Assembly (NCBI GenBank): GCA_963575745.1
Contig: CAUYUJ010000163.1
Location: 1-64,000 of the forward strand
DNA from: Prorocentrum cordatum
Lineage: Eukaryota
Direction: 5' to 3'
DNA: 64,000 nt
Shown here: positions 22,351 through 33,688 of the stretch, in pieces
Numbering within the stretch: the first letter of the stretch is position 1
Layout of the letters: each line of letters starts with the position of its first letter
The notes under the pieces: generated by a model
What the model was told of the DNA's origin: nothing
Seen by the model: only the letters and a program-made list of their open reading frames with translations
Databases searched by the model: none
Position numbers and translations under genes: made by a program

Positions 22351-24150
22351 CCACAATTGTAAGTAAACATGATCCGGGGACTTCCGAGCCTTCTGAGAAG
22401 GCCCGCCCCTTCTCACTTCCCCCCCTCGCTCGCCGCCTACGTTTGGATTCTTCCGATTCGATTCGATTCGGTTTCGATGAGTTCCGATTCCGATTCGAGT
22501 CGACTTGGGATTCCGATCTGGGCTCCGATCTCTCACTGGAGGCCTATTGGCCTGCCGATTTCCGCCGATTCGACTCCTCCAGACTCGTCTGCCGATTTCC
22601 GCCGATCCGATTCATTTCGATCGCCGATCCGATTTATCGATTCGATTCTGGGCTCTTCTGGAGGGGTAAAGGGGAGGCGGGAAGGCTTTTGGAAACACCC
22701 CTTCTTCTTAGAGGGTGCAGGCCTCACCTGTAGAGGTAAGGCCGCGCCCTCTAAACAGCTGCCTCCTTCTGAGAAGCCTTCCCGCCTCCCTCTCCCCCCC
22801 TTTGAGCGCCGCCACATGTTCGAGACCGAGGTTGTCAGCTGACCTTTAATTTTGTTCGGCCAAAAATCTTCACGCCTGAGCTTCGGAAGTGGCAGACGGG
22901 GGTGAAGTTCGAAGGGGAGACGATTGAATTTCTCGAGAACTGTTCAAGTGGAGCGGGTGGGGGGGATATCTTTGCCCCGACCATTTTGGCATCCTTCGTC
23001 GCAAGATAGCAGCAAGCCTCGGCTTGCCACGAGTAGCAGGGCCAGGACAGAGAGCGTCCTCCGAAAAAACCTTTGACAGTAATTCGTGAAGGTCATTCGT
23101 TAGAACTGAATTGTCGACCTCCATAACAGAGCAGACACGCCATCCCATGTGCCGTCGCCTCCTCTCGATCTCCCTCCCTGTCATCATCTTTCCTGTCTCT
23201 CCTTGCTTTACCTGCGTCCTCTCCTGATTGTCATCCTCCCAATTATCATCTTGCTTATCATCATCCCATCACCTCTTCATGTGCTTCCTCCTCCCAATCC
23301 TCGGTATCGTCCTTATCCTCATCATCGTTCTCATCCTCTCCTCGTCCTCCTCGTCCTCGCCCCCCTCGCCGTCCTCGTCACCGTCCTCTTATATAGTCAT
23401 CCTCATAGTTATTGTCTTGGTCCTCTCTTCATTGGCCTCCTCCTCCTCCTCCTGCTCCTCCTCCTCCTCCTCCGCCTCCCATCCTTGTTGTCCTCCTACT
23501 CCGCCGCCTACTGATGATCGTCGTTCTCATCGTCATCTTCCTTCCTCTATCTGCTGCTGATGCTGCTGCTGCTGCTCCATGAACCCAGCCCGACATCGAC
23601 AGGGTTTTGCCTGGCCTCAGGCGCATCAGCGCTTCACTACAATCCATTTGCTTCTCCTTTTTCTCCTCGTTCTCGGGCTATTCCTCCAGGCCCCCCTCCA
23701 CGTAGACGTCGTTGCGCTCCTCCTCGTCTCCTCGTCTCCTCGTCTCCTCGTCTCCTCGTCTCCTCTTCTCCTCCTCCTCCTCTCCTCCTCCTTCCTCTTC
23801 CTCCTCCTCCTCCTCCTCCTCCTCCTCCTCCTCCTCCTCCTCCTCCTCCTCCTCCTCCTCCTCCTCCTCCTCCTCCTCCTCCTCCTCGAGGGTCTCCATA
23901 GGGGGTTGGGGCAGGGGAGGGAGGTCTCCAGATGCCTCCCGAGGTTCAAGAGAGCATAGCATGAGTTAGAAACGCACAAAGACAAGTGCGGTCCTCGATC
24001 CTCGATCCCGCTTCTTCTTCTTCTTGGACGCTCTCTCCCCTCCTCGTGGTGGTTCTCCTCCGCGCCCTCCCTGCGCAGCCTCGCTGCGGGGCGCGCCCTC
24101 CCCGGGCGCCCGGCGGCAGCCCGCCTCCACCAGCCTGGAAGCCCCCGTCC

Positions 24151-24212
<62 letters not shown>

Positions 24213-24213
24213 C

Positions 24214-24260
<47 letters not shown>

Positions 24261-24266
24261 CACGAG

Positions 24267-24302
<36 letters not shown>

Positions 24303-24327
24303 GACGACGACATTGACGACGACGACA

Positions 24328-24518
24328 TTACAGTGGGGGCTCGGCCACAAGAAACCTCCGCAAGAAACCCAACCCTGAAATCCGCGATTTGTTCAATGAA
24401 AACCCAAATTCGTCAATCGAAAATCGTCAAGATCCTATTGGGGGCCCATCGAAATCCAAGAAACCCAGGGCACCCTGGCAGAATCCAACTGGTTTCTTGG
24501 CACGCGCCCCCAGTGTAA
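24328..24518. mobile_element. MITE with TTAC...GTAA ends, 5-bp TSD CGACA, inserted in (GAC)n
   Basis: TTACAGTGGGGG..CAAGAAACC pairs with GGTTTCTTG..CCCCCAGTGTAA; CGACA at 24323-24327 and 24519-24523. Confidence 0.8.
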
Positions 24519-24659
24519 CGACATTGACGACGATGGCGACGGCGACGGCGGCGGCGTCGTCGACGTCCTCCTCGCGCTCCTGCGCGCCCGCGCCGCCGAA
24601 GGCGCGCTGTCCTGGGAGCCCGTCCCCCCCCCGCCGCCAGAGGCAGGAGGAGGATCGGC

Positions 24660-25525
24660 GCAGCCCCCAGTGGGACCGCCCGCATGCACCACCCACACCC
24701 AATTTGGCATTTTCACCAACCCAGTGCAGCGCTCCGTGGCCCAAAAGGGAGCTCCACCGAAACCCCCAGTGGTACGGCCCACATGCGTCCCCACATCCAA
24801 TTTGGCATTTTCACCCACCCAGTACAGCGTTTCGTGGCCCAATAGTGAGCCCCACCGAAGCCCGCATGCGTCCCCCACACCCAACTTGGCATTGTCACCC
24901 ACCCAGCAAAACGCTTCGTGGCCCCATAGGGAGCCCCACAAAAGCCCCCAGTGGGACCGTCCTCGTGCGTCCCTCGCACCCGATTTGGCATTGTCACCCA
25001 CCCAGAACCGCGCTCCGTGGCCTCATAGGGAGCTCCACCGAAGCCCCCAATAGGACCGCCCGCATGCGCCCCCCATGCCCAATTTGGCATTTTCACCCGC
25101 CCAGTACAGCGCATCGTGGCCCCATAGGGAGCTCCACCGAAGCCCCCAGTGGGGCCTCCCGCATGCGTCCGTCCCACACAGGGAGCTCCACCGAAGCCTC
25201 CAGTGGGACCGCCCGCATGCGTCCCCCACACCCACTTTGGCATTTTCACCGACCCAGTACAGCGCTTCGTGGCCCCATAAGGGAGCTCCACAGAAGCCCT
25301 CACCCTTTACAACGCTTCGCGGCCCCATGGGGAGCTCCACCGAAGCCCCCAATGGGACCGCCCGCGTGCGTCCCGCACGCCTAATTTGGTACCTCCACCC
25401 ACCACGTGCAGCGCTTCGTGGCCTCATGGGGAGCTTCACCGACGGCCCCAGTGCTACCGCCCCGCATGCGTTCCCCCACCGCCCAGCGCAGCGCTTCGTG
25501 GCCCCATGGGGAGCTTCACCGAAGA
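24660..25525. repeat. Tandem array, ~100-bp diverged unit
   Basis: GGGAGCTCCACCGAAGCCCCCAGTGGGACCGCCCGCATGCGTCC...CGCTTCGTGGCCCCATA. A shorter-unit (~75 bp) relative lies at about 43905-44490. Confidence 0.9.
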
Positions 25526-25904
25526 AACTGTTCACAATTGCGGTACAGCCGGGGCCCTGAAAAAGGAACCCTTTTCGTTGGGGAGGGGCTCCGCGTTCCT
25601 TAAGTGTTTCACAGCTTGCCTCAGGTTTTCCTTGTGTTTTCGATCGGAAATCGAAGTTTAACTTAATGGGAAAAAGGGGCCTCGTTCCTTATTTAGGGTT
25701 CCTTAGGTCAACGCCCCGATTGTATCCACAACCTCATATGGTTGGGTCCTTCGCCAGGATAATTTTTTGTTTTCTTTGGTGGCAGCTCTGGCGCTGGCAA
25801 GAGCGTCTCTGCAGAGCCGCCGGGCCGCGCCGAGCACTGTAGGCGGAGAAGAGGAGGGCGGCCGTGAGCCCGCGTGGGGATCGAGAGGGGACTAAGAGAG
25901 AGCG

Positions 25905-26075
25905 TCGGGGGTGGATAGACCTCCTACAATGACACGTCGATTAGTGAATTGTCCGTTTTCGGATCTCGAGAGGGCGCCGTGGCCGTTATTTTCCAGGCTT
26001 GCGCCCGCCAGGTTTGGGCCTCAGGTCGTTTTCACTAAACCACGTTTTACTAAAGGGGGGTCTGTCCATCCCCGA
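25905..26075. mobile_element. MITE family A, 5-bp TSD GAGCG
   Basis: GAGCG at 25900-25904 and 26076-26080. Confidence 0.9.
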
Positions 26076-26301
26076 GAGCGGGAGAGGGGCAGGAGGGGCA
26101 ATGGGGCCCCCTCCCCACTGGGTGCTGCAGACTTGAGACGGCGCATGTCGCAACGGGCCTCCTCCTCCTCCTCCTCCTCCTCCTCCTCCTCCTCCCTGTT
26201 CTTTCCTCGGGAACCTCAAGAGGGCAGGGCACAATGGATGGGTCAGACGGTGCCCGCCGCTCTGGTGCCCGTGGAAGTCCGTGGAACAGGGCGACCAAAA
26301 T

Positions 26302-26439
26302 TCAGGAGGGGAGCGAACACACAGACACAATGAATCGTCGGCCCCCAGGAAAATATGGGAACATAGGGGCAGTGGGGGGGAGACAAAACGACCCGAAACC
26401 ATGGAGAAATATGGGGAATCCTTTTTTTTTGTGTGTGTG

Positions 26440-26494
<55 letters not shown>

Positions 26495-26521
26495 CTACTT
26501 GTGTGTCCCAGGGCCCCTTCA
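26302..26521. mobile_element. Family D element (TCAGGAGGGG...CCCCTTCA), ~5-bp TSD
   Basis: Flanks AAAAT/ACAAT. Other copies: 55812-55975 (AAGAT/AAGGT), 60753-60915 (CAGAT/CAGAT), about 57782-57951, 58254-58408 and 9836-10036. Confidence 0.8.
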
Positions 26522-26694
26522 ACAATTCGAGCAGAGGCTGGCCGGCCGTCTTGGCGGCCCCCTCCCTCGCAGTCCGCGCGCCGCCCCGCCCTCCGGGCCC
26601 CCCTCTCTCCCCGAGGGGGGGCCCGGCTCAGGATGCCGCGCGGACACGGCCCCCGGTGGTCGGGAAGCTTCCGTGTAACTCTGGGGCCCCCAAA

Positions 26695-26880
26695 CCCAGA
26701 CCCCCTCGGGTAATGAAAAAATCATGACGGGAGTTTTTTCTTAATTTTCGGCCTTTGGAGGCCCTAACCGGCCCTCGGGAGTGTCAAAAAACGACTCGGG
26801 ATGCGCAGCCGGTCAGGGGGAAAGGGTCGGGACCTCTGGGGGTCGACGTCATGAAAAAATCATGACGTCGGGGGTCTGGG
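26695..26880. mobile_element. MITE family B, 2-bp TSD AA, nested in the left end of family N
   Basis: GGGGCCCCCAAA|CCCAGA...CTGGG|AACGGTGCGGTGACC. Empty versions at about 18538-18560 and 45211-45235. Confidence 0.88.
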
Positions 26881-27101
26881 AACGGTGCGGTGACCACGCA
26901 CCGTGCGGTGAGTCGGTGGGGATTCGGGGTCACTCAGCCACGCGCAGAGGGGGGTGGGGGGAGGGGGGAGGGCTTCTTAGGAGCACCCCTGCTTCTTAGA
27001 AGGCGCGGGCCTCATCTGCAGATGTATGACCGGCGCCTTCTGAGAAGCAACCTCCTTCTAAGAAGCCCCCCCCCCCCCCCACCCCCCTGTGCGCGCCGCC
27101 A

Positions 27102-29050
27102 AGTCACCGCACGGTTTTGGGACTCGAGTGCTTCCTCTTCGAGGACGTCTCGGGCGACGGGTGCCTCCAGGGTCCCGAGACCGTGCGGTGACGGAGCGTG
27201 CGGTGAAGTCTCGTGGGGATTCGGGGTCACCGCACGGTCTTGGGGCTCGAGCCCCTCCTCTCCGAGGACGTCTCGGGCGACGGGGGCCTCCAGGGCCCCG
27301 AGACCGTGCGGTGACGGAGCGTGCGGTGAGTCGGTGGGGACTCGGGGTCACCGCACGGTCTTGGGGCTCGAGCCCCTCCTCTCCGAGGACGTCTCGGGCG
27401 ACGGGGCCTCCAGGGCCCCGAGACCGTGCGGTGACGGAGCGTGCGGTGAGTCGGTGGGGACTCGGGGTCACCGCACGGTCTTGGGGCTCGAGCCCCTCCT
27501 CTCCGAGGACGTCTCGGGCGACGGGGGCCTCCAGGGCCCCGAGACCGTGCGGTGACGGAGCGTGCGGTGAGTCGGTGGGGACTCGGGGTCACCGCACGGT
27601 CTTGGGGCTCGAGCCCCTCCTCTCCGAGGACGTCTCGGGCGACGGGGGCCTCCAGGGCCCCGAGACCGTGCGGTGACGGAGCGTGCGGTGAGTCGGTGGG
27701 GACTCGGGGTCACCGCCGTTCTTGGGGCTCGAGCCCCGCCTCTCCGAGACGTCTCGGGCGACGGGGCCGCTCCAGGGCCCCGATACCGTGCGGTGACGGA
27801 GCGTGCGCCCGTGAGTCGGGTGGGGATCTCGGGGTCACCGGACAACGGTCTTGGGCTCGAGTGCTTCCTCTCCGAGGACGTCTCGGGCGAACGGGGCCTC
27901 CAGGGCCCCGAACGGGGGTGACGGAGCGTGGTGATGAGTCGGTGGGGACTCGGGGTCAACCGCACGGTCTTGGGCTCGAGCCCCTCCTCCCGAGGACTCT
28001 CGGGCGCGGGGGCCTCAGGGCCCCGAGACCCGTGGGGGTGACGGAGCGTTGCGGTGGTTCGGTGGGGACTCGGGGTCCCCGCATGGTCTTGGGTCTCGAG
28101 CCCCTCCGCCTCCGAGGACGTCTCGGGCGACGGGGGATCCAGGCCCCGAGACCGTGCGGTGACTGAGCGTGCGGTGACCTCGACGGAGCGTGCGGTGAAG
28201 TCTCGTGGGGACTCGGGGTCACCGCACGGTCTTGGGGCTCGGGCCCCTCCTCTCCGAGGACGTCTCGGGCGACGGGGGCCTCCAGGGCCCCGAGACCGTG
28301 CGGTGACGGAGCGTGCGGTGAAGTCTCGTGGGGACTCGGGGTCACCGCACGGTCTTGGGGCTCGAGCCCCTCCTCTCCGAGGACGTCTCGGGCGACGGGG
28401 CCTCCAGGGCCCCGAGACCGTGCGGTGACGGAGCGTGCGGTGAGTCGGTGGGGACTCGGGGTCACCGCACGGTCTTGGGGCTCGAGCCCCTCCTCTCCGA
28501 GGACGTCTCGGGCGACGGGGGCCTCCAGGGCCCCGAGACCGTGCGGTGACGGAGCGTGCGGTGAGTTCGGGTGGGGACTCGGGGTCACCGCACGGTCTTG
28601 GCTCGGGCCCCTCCTCTCCGAGGACGTCTCGGGCGACGGGGGCCTCCAGGGCCCCGAGACCGTTGCGGTGACGGAGCGTGCGGTGAAGTCTCGTGGGGAC
28701 TCGGGGTCACCGCACGGTCTTGGGGCTCGAGCCCCTCCTCTCCGAGGACGTCCCTCGGGCGACGGGGGCCTCCAGGGCCCCGAGACCGTGCGGTGACGGA
28801 GCGTGCGGTGAGTCGTGGGGACTCGGGTCACCGCACGGTCTTGGGGCTCGAGCCCCCCTCTCCGAGGACGTCTCGGGCGACGGGGGGCCTCCAGGGCCCC
28901 GAGACCGTGCGGTGACGGAGCGTGCGTGAGTCGGTGGGGACTCGGGTCACCGCACTGGTCTTGGGGCTCGAGCCCCTCCTCACCCGAGGACGTCTCGGCG
29001 ACGGGGGCCTCCAGGGCCCGAGACCGTGCGGTGACGGAGCGTGCGGTGAA
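27102..29050. repeat. Tandem array, 120-121-bp hairpin-forming unit, about 16 copies
   Basis: GTCACCGCACGGTCTTGGGG recurs at 27227, 27348, 27468 and onward; each unit also holds its near reverse complement CCCCGAGACCGTGCGGTGAC. Confidence 0.95.
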
Positions 29051-30597
29051 GGAGGAGGAGGAGGAGAGGAGGAGGGAGGAGGAGGGATGAGGAGGAGGAA
29101 GGAGGAGGAGGAGGAGCACCGCACCGTTTCGGGACTCCAACGCAACGGTTTCGCAGTGTTATGCTCTTTTGGCAGTCTTCGGAGGAGGGCTCCGGCGAGA
29201 GCCCCCGCCTCGAAGAGGAACCGCCCTCCTCCTCCTCCTCCTCGTCCTCCTCCTTCTCCCCCTCCCCCTCCTCCTCCTCCTCCTTTTCCTCCTCCTCCTC
29301 CTCCTCCTCCTCCTCCCCCTCCTCCTCTTCCTTCTCCTCCTCCTCTTCCTCCTCCTCCTCCTCCTCCTCCTCCTCCTCCTCGTGCGCGCGGCGCCAGGGC
29401 CAGGGGGCCACAGGCGAACCCGGCACCCCTACCCCCGTTCGCTCCGTTCGGGAGCTCCCGAGCGAAGTGCACCCCGACCCTCCCCCCTCAGAAATCGCGG
29501 GGGCCAGGAGTACACCCTAGGCGATGCTGAATAACACTTGAATTTTCGGCCAGAGTCTCGATGATTCTTCATGTTTCAATATAATTCCTAAGATTTCAAT
29601 AGACACGCTGGGTCTTCCTTCCAATTCCGAGACCAGGAATTTCTTAACCCATGATGTCTTGAGCATCTCGCAGGGAGTGGGCTCTCGCGCGTGGCCCCCT
29701 TCGAGGGCGGGGCCCCGCTCTCGGGCCCCCCGCCCGGCGCGTCCGCGGCGAGGGCGCGCGGCGACCCGAGGCGGGAGCCCCCCCCGCCGCCCAGAGCCGC
29801 GCGCCCTCCGTGCGTATGTGGCGGTCGGCGGCCGTCGGGGCAGGGGCGCGCGGTCGCCCAGCGGGGCGAGGTCCGCGCTCCTCCCCGACCTCGGGGGCGG
29901 AACAGAGAGGGGGGGTGATGACTCGAGGGGGCCTAGACTCCCTCGAGTACTGAAAAGATCGGGACGGAAGGTTTTTCTGAGTTTTCGGTCTCGGGGGGGC
30001 CCTCACCGGGCCTCGGGAGGCGTTAAAAAACGACTCGGGATGCGCAGCCGGTCCCGGGGAATAGATCGAGATCTCTGGGGGTCGACGTCATGAAACAATC
30101 ATGACGTCGGGGGTCTGGGAGCGAGGGTCGGGGGCGGGAAAGGGGGGGGTGCTGACTAGGGGGGGTTGGATATCATGGCGTGGGCCATGATACTTCCCAG
30201 ATCTCATGGCGCCTCTTCTTGTTTCATTGCGTCCCTGGCCCCCCCCGCTGGGCCGCGCACATGCCGCCGGTCATGATTTGCACCCCCCCCTCTTGGACAC
30301 CCCCCTCTTGGCCGCTCCCGACAACCGGGCCTTGCTGCAGGTTGAGTCGGGCGTGCCCCCTCTGCAGGAGGAGCACTCGCATTCAAAACTAGGCGAGCAA
30401 ACATCATCGGGGGACGACGTGTCGATGATGTTCGATCACCCTGGGGCATTCTTGGACCACTCTTGATTAGTCGGGGGACGATTTGTAGATGATTTTCGAT
30501 CTCTCTGGGGCATTCTTTGACCACTCTTAATTTTTCGTCGAAGATCCGCCTGCAGGGGAGCGCGCCCGACCGAAGCTTACGGGCGTCCCGTGTGTTC

Positions 30598-31797
30598 TCG
30601 AGGATCCGTTGGGTGCCGGGCCTGCGCGGGCTGGCCTTCCCCCGGGGTGCCTTGGTTCCTTTGGGTTCCGGGGCCTTCGCTCCTCGCTGTGTTCCTCGGT
30701 TTTCCTGGTCTTGGCTCCTTGGAGCCCCTGGTTCCTTGGTTTTGGTTTCTTGCTTCCTTGGTATTGTTCCTAGGTCTTGGTTCCTTGGCTCCCTGGTATC
30801 GATTCCTTGGTTCCTGGGTATGGGTATCGGTTCCTTGGTTCCTGTGTATGGGTTCCTTGGTCCCTTCGTTCCTTTGCCCCTTGGACTCGGTTCCCTGCCG
30901 CCTCGCCACGCAACGCCAAGCAAAGCAACGCAACGTCACGCAGTGCCGAGCAGTGCTGAGCAATGCCAAACAGTGCCACGCAATGCCGAGCAATGCCGAC
31001 CAGTGCCAAGCAGTGCCACGCTATGCCGAGCAAGTCCAGGCAAAATGCCATGCAATACCAATCAGCACCACGCAATGCCAAACAGTGTGCCAAGCACTCT
31101 GCCAACCAAGACCAAGCAAGGCCAAGCAGTGCCACGCGATGCGCCCATGGGGTGACCCCAACTGGGTTGGCATGGCTTGGCATTGCTTGGCATTGCTGGT
31201 CAGTTCTTGGCATTTTGCTTGGCATTGCTGGGCATTGATTGGCAAGGCCTGGCATTACTTGGCATTGCGTGGCATTGCTTTGCATTGCTTTGCACTGCTT
31301 TTCATTGCTAGGCGTTGCGTGGCAAGGCAGCAAGGAACCAAGACCCAGGAACCAAGACCAAGGAAGCAAGTTAATCAAGGAACCAAGGGACCAAGAGACC
31401 AAGTGACCAAGGACACAAGACCAAGGACCCAGGAACCAACCAAGGAACCAAGGAACCAACACCGATGAACCAATGACCCGATACCGAGGAACCAAGGGAT
31501 GGAGGTACCAAGGAACCAAGCAACCAAGCAACCAAGCAACCTGCCCAGGAACCAAGGAAGCAAGGAACCAGGTAACCAAGGAATCCGGACTGAGGAACCA
31601 AGGTATCCGATACCAAGGAGCCAAGAAACCAAGGAACCAAGAAACCAAGGCACCGAGAAACCAAGGAAGCAAGACCAGGGAACCTGAGGAAGACTGCCAA
31701 GAAACAAGAACCAGGAACGAAGGAACCAAGACCAGCCAAGACCAACGAGCCCAGGAAGGCTGGCCGGCGTAGGCCCAGCACCCACTGGCTCCTCAAT
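30598..31797. mobile_element. Foldback-type element with modular inverted arms
   Basis: TGGGTGCCGGGCCTGCGCGGGCTGGCCTTCC pairs with GGAAGGCTGGCCGGCGTAGGCCCAGCACCCA. The TTGGTTCC-rich block mirrors the GGAACCAA-rich block, and the GCAATGCCA block mirrors the TGGCATTGC block; centre near 31155. Confidence 0.8.
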
Positions 31798-33688
31798 GCC
31801 CGGTCAGACACACTCAGGCAAAGCCTGATCGGGGAACGGTTCGCCGCCCATCCGTGCAAGTGTTGGAAGTTTCACGCTTCGAGGTCGTAGACTATGGGGA
31901 AGTCTCAGGCGAAACGCCGGGCCCGCCCTAAGGACACGTCTGGTGGTGCAGCAGGTGGGAGTCATGTATGAGAAAGAGCGGAGGAGGAGGAGGAGGAGGA
32001 GGAGGAGGAGGAGGAGGAGGAGGAGGAGAGAGGAGGAGGAGGGGGGAGGAGGAGGAGGAAGGAGGAGGAGGAGGAGGAGGAGGAGGAGAGGAGGAGGGAG
32101 GAGGAGGGAGGAGGGAGAGGAGGAGGAGGAGGAGGAGGAGGAGGAGAGGAGGAGGAGGAGGAGGAGGAGGAGGAGGAGGGAGGAGGCCTGGGAGCCTCTT
32201 GAGAGCCTCTCGGGGGCGTCTTGGAGGCAGCTTGGAGGCGGCCTCTTGGTGGCCTCCCCGGGGGCCCCCTGGGGGTTCTGGACCCGCCTTGGAGTGGAGG
32301 CTTCCACTGGTCTTGCCGTGGCACGCTTGTTGGGCCCCCCCTGGGGCCGTGTCCCCGAGGGCCGACGGCACGGCCCGAGAGAATCCCAGGATGGCCTCAG
32401 GACGGGCCTCATGGGGCCACCTTGGCGCACGCTGGAGGTGCAGGTTCCAGCAGCACTGCCGAGGCCTCGGGGGAGAAAGCCACGCGATGACCCGCGGTCG
32501 GGTACCTGAGCGTACCTGGCGAACCGTTACATCATGCTGCGGCCTCACATTTTAGGGTGGCACCGTCGCTGCGCTGCCTTTGCAGTAGAGGCCCCACCGC
32601 GGTGGTGGATAGGCCTGATGCGCTCGCACGTGCTCGTGGTCGCGACCTCGTCCTTGTCCTCGTCCTCCTCCTCCTCCTCCTCCTTCTCCTCCCTCCTCCT
32701 CCTCCTCCTCCGCCTTCTCCTCCTCCTCCTCCTCCTCCTCCCTCCTCCTCCTCCTCCTCCCTCCTCCTCCTGCTCCTCGTCCTCCTCCTCCTCCTCTCTC
32801 CTCCTCCTCCCCTCCCTCCCTCTCCTCCTCCTCCTCCTCCTCCTCCTCCTCCTCCCTCCTCCTCCTGCTCCTCGTCCTCCTCCTCCTCCTCCTCCTCCTC
32901 CTCCTCCTGCTCCTCCTCCTCCTCCTCCTCCTCCTGGTCCCCGATCGCCGGGCGCGGTGCGACAGCAGCGGCTTCCACGCTCGGCCGCGCGCAAGCTGCT
33001 CAAGGGGTGTCCTGTCCGTGCGCCGCGCCAGCGCGCCGGGGACACCGAGGCGCCCCCCCGGGCGGCGGCCCGATTCCAGCAGGCCTCGGCGTCTGCTGAG
33101 CGGCTCCCTCCCCGTCCCCTCCTCCCCCTCGCTGCCGCTCCTGCTCGAAGCACGTCGTCTCGACTACACCGAATGGGGTGGCCCTTCGCCGGAGCGACCT
33201 TTGGTGCGGGCCCACCGGGGTCCGCCGAGCGTCGACCGCGATGCGACAGTAGCGTCTTGCGCGCGTGGGGTTGGCTCCCCCGATGGCCCTCGAAAGCCGC
33301 GCGCCAAGGGTCGCTCTTGCCTCGGGCCACTCTTGCGTGTAGCCGGTTGCCGCTGCGCTGGTTCGTCTGTCGTCCTCGTCCTCGCCGTCGCTGTTCGTCG
33401 TCACCGTCGTGTCGGGGGCTGCCGCTGATATCTCTGCTTTCGGAATCTTGAGGCATAGGCTCAGGGGGGGAACGCATCGACCCCCAATCGGCAGCTCCCG
33501 AGCGGAGTGAACCCCAGCCTCCCCCCTCAGATATCGTGGGGGGTAGGGGCAGGGTTCGCACGTCGCCCCCTATCCAAGCTCCGGGCCGGCGTTGGAGGGT
33601 CTGCACTACTCCTCCTCCTCCTCCTCCTCCTCCTCCTCCTCCTCCTCCCCCTCCTCCCCCTCCTCCACCTCCTCCTCCTCCTCCTCCT

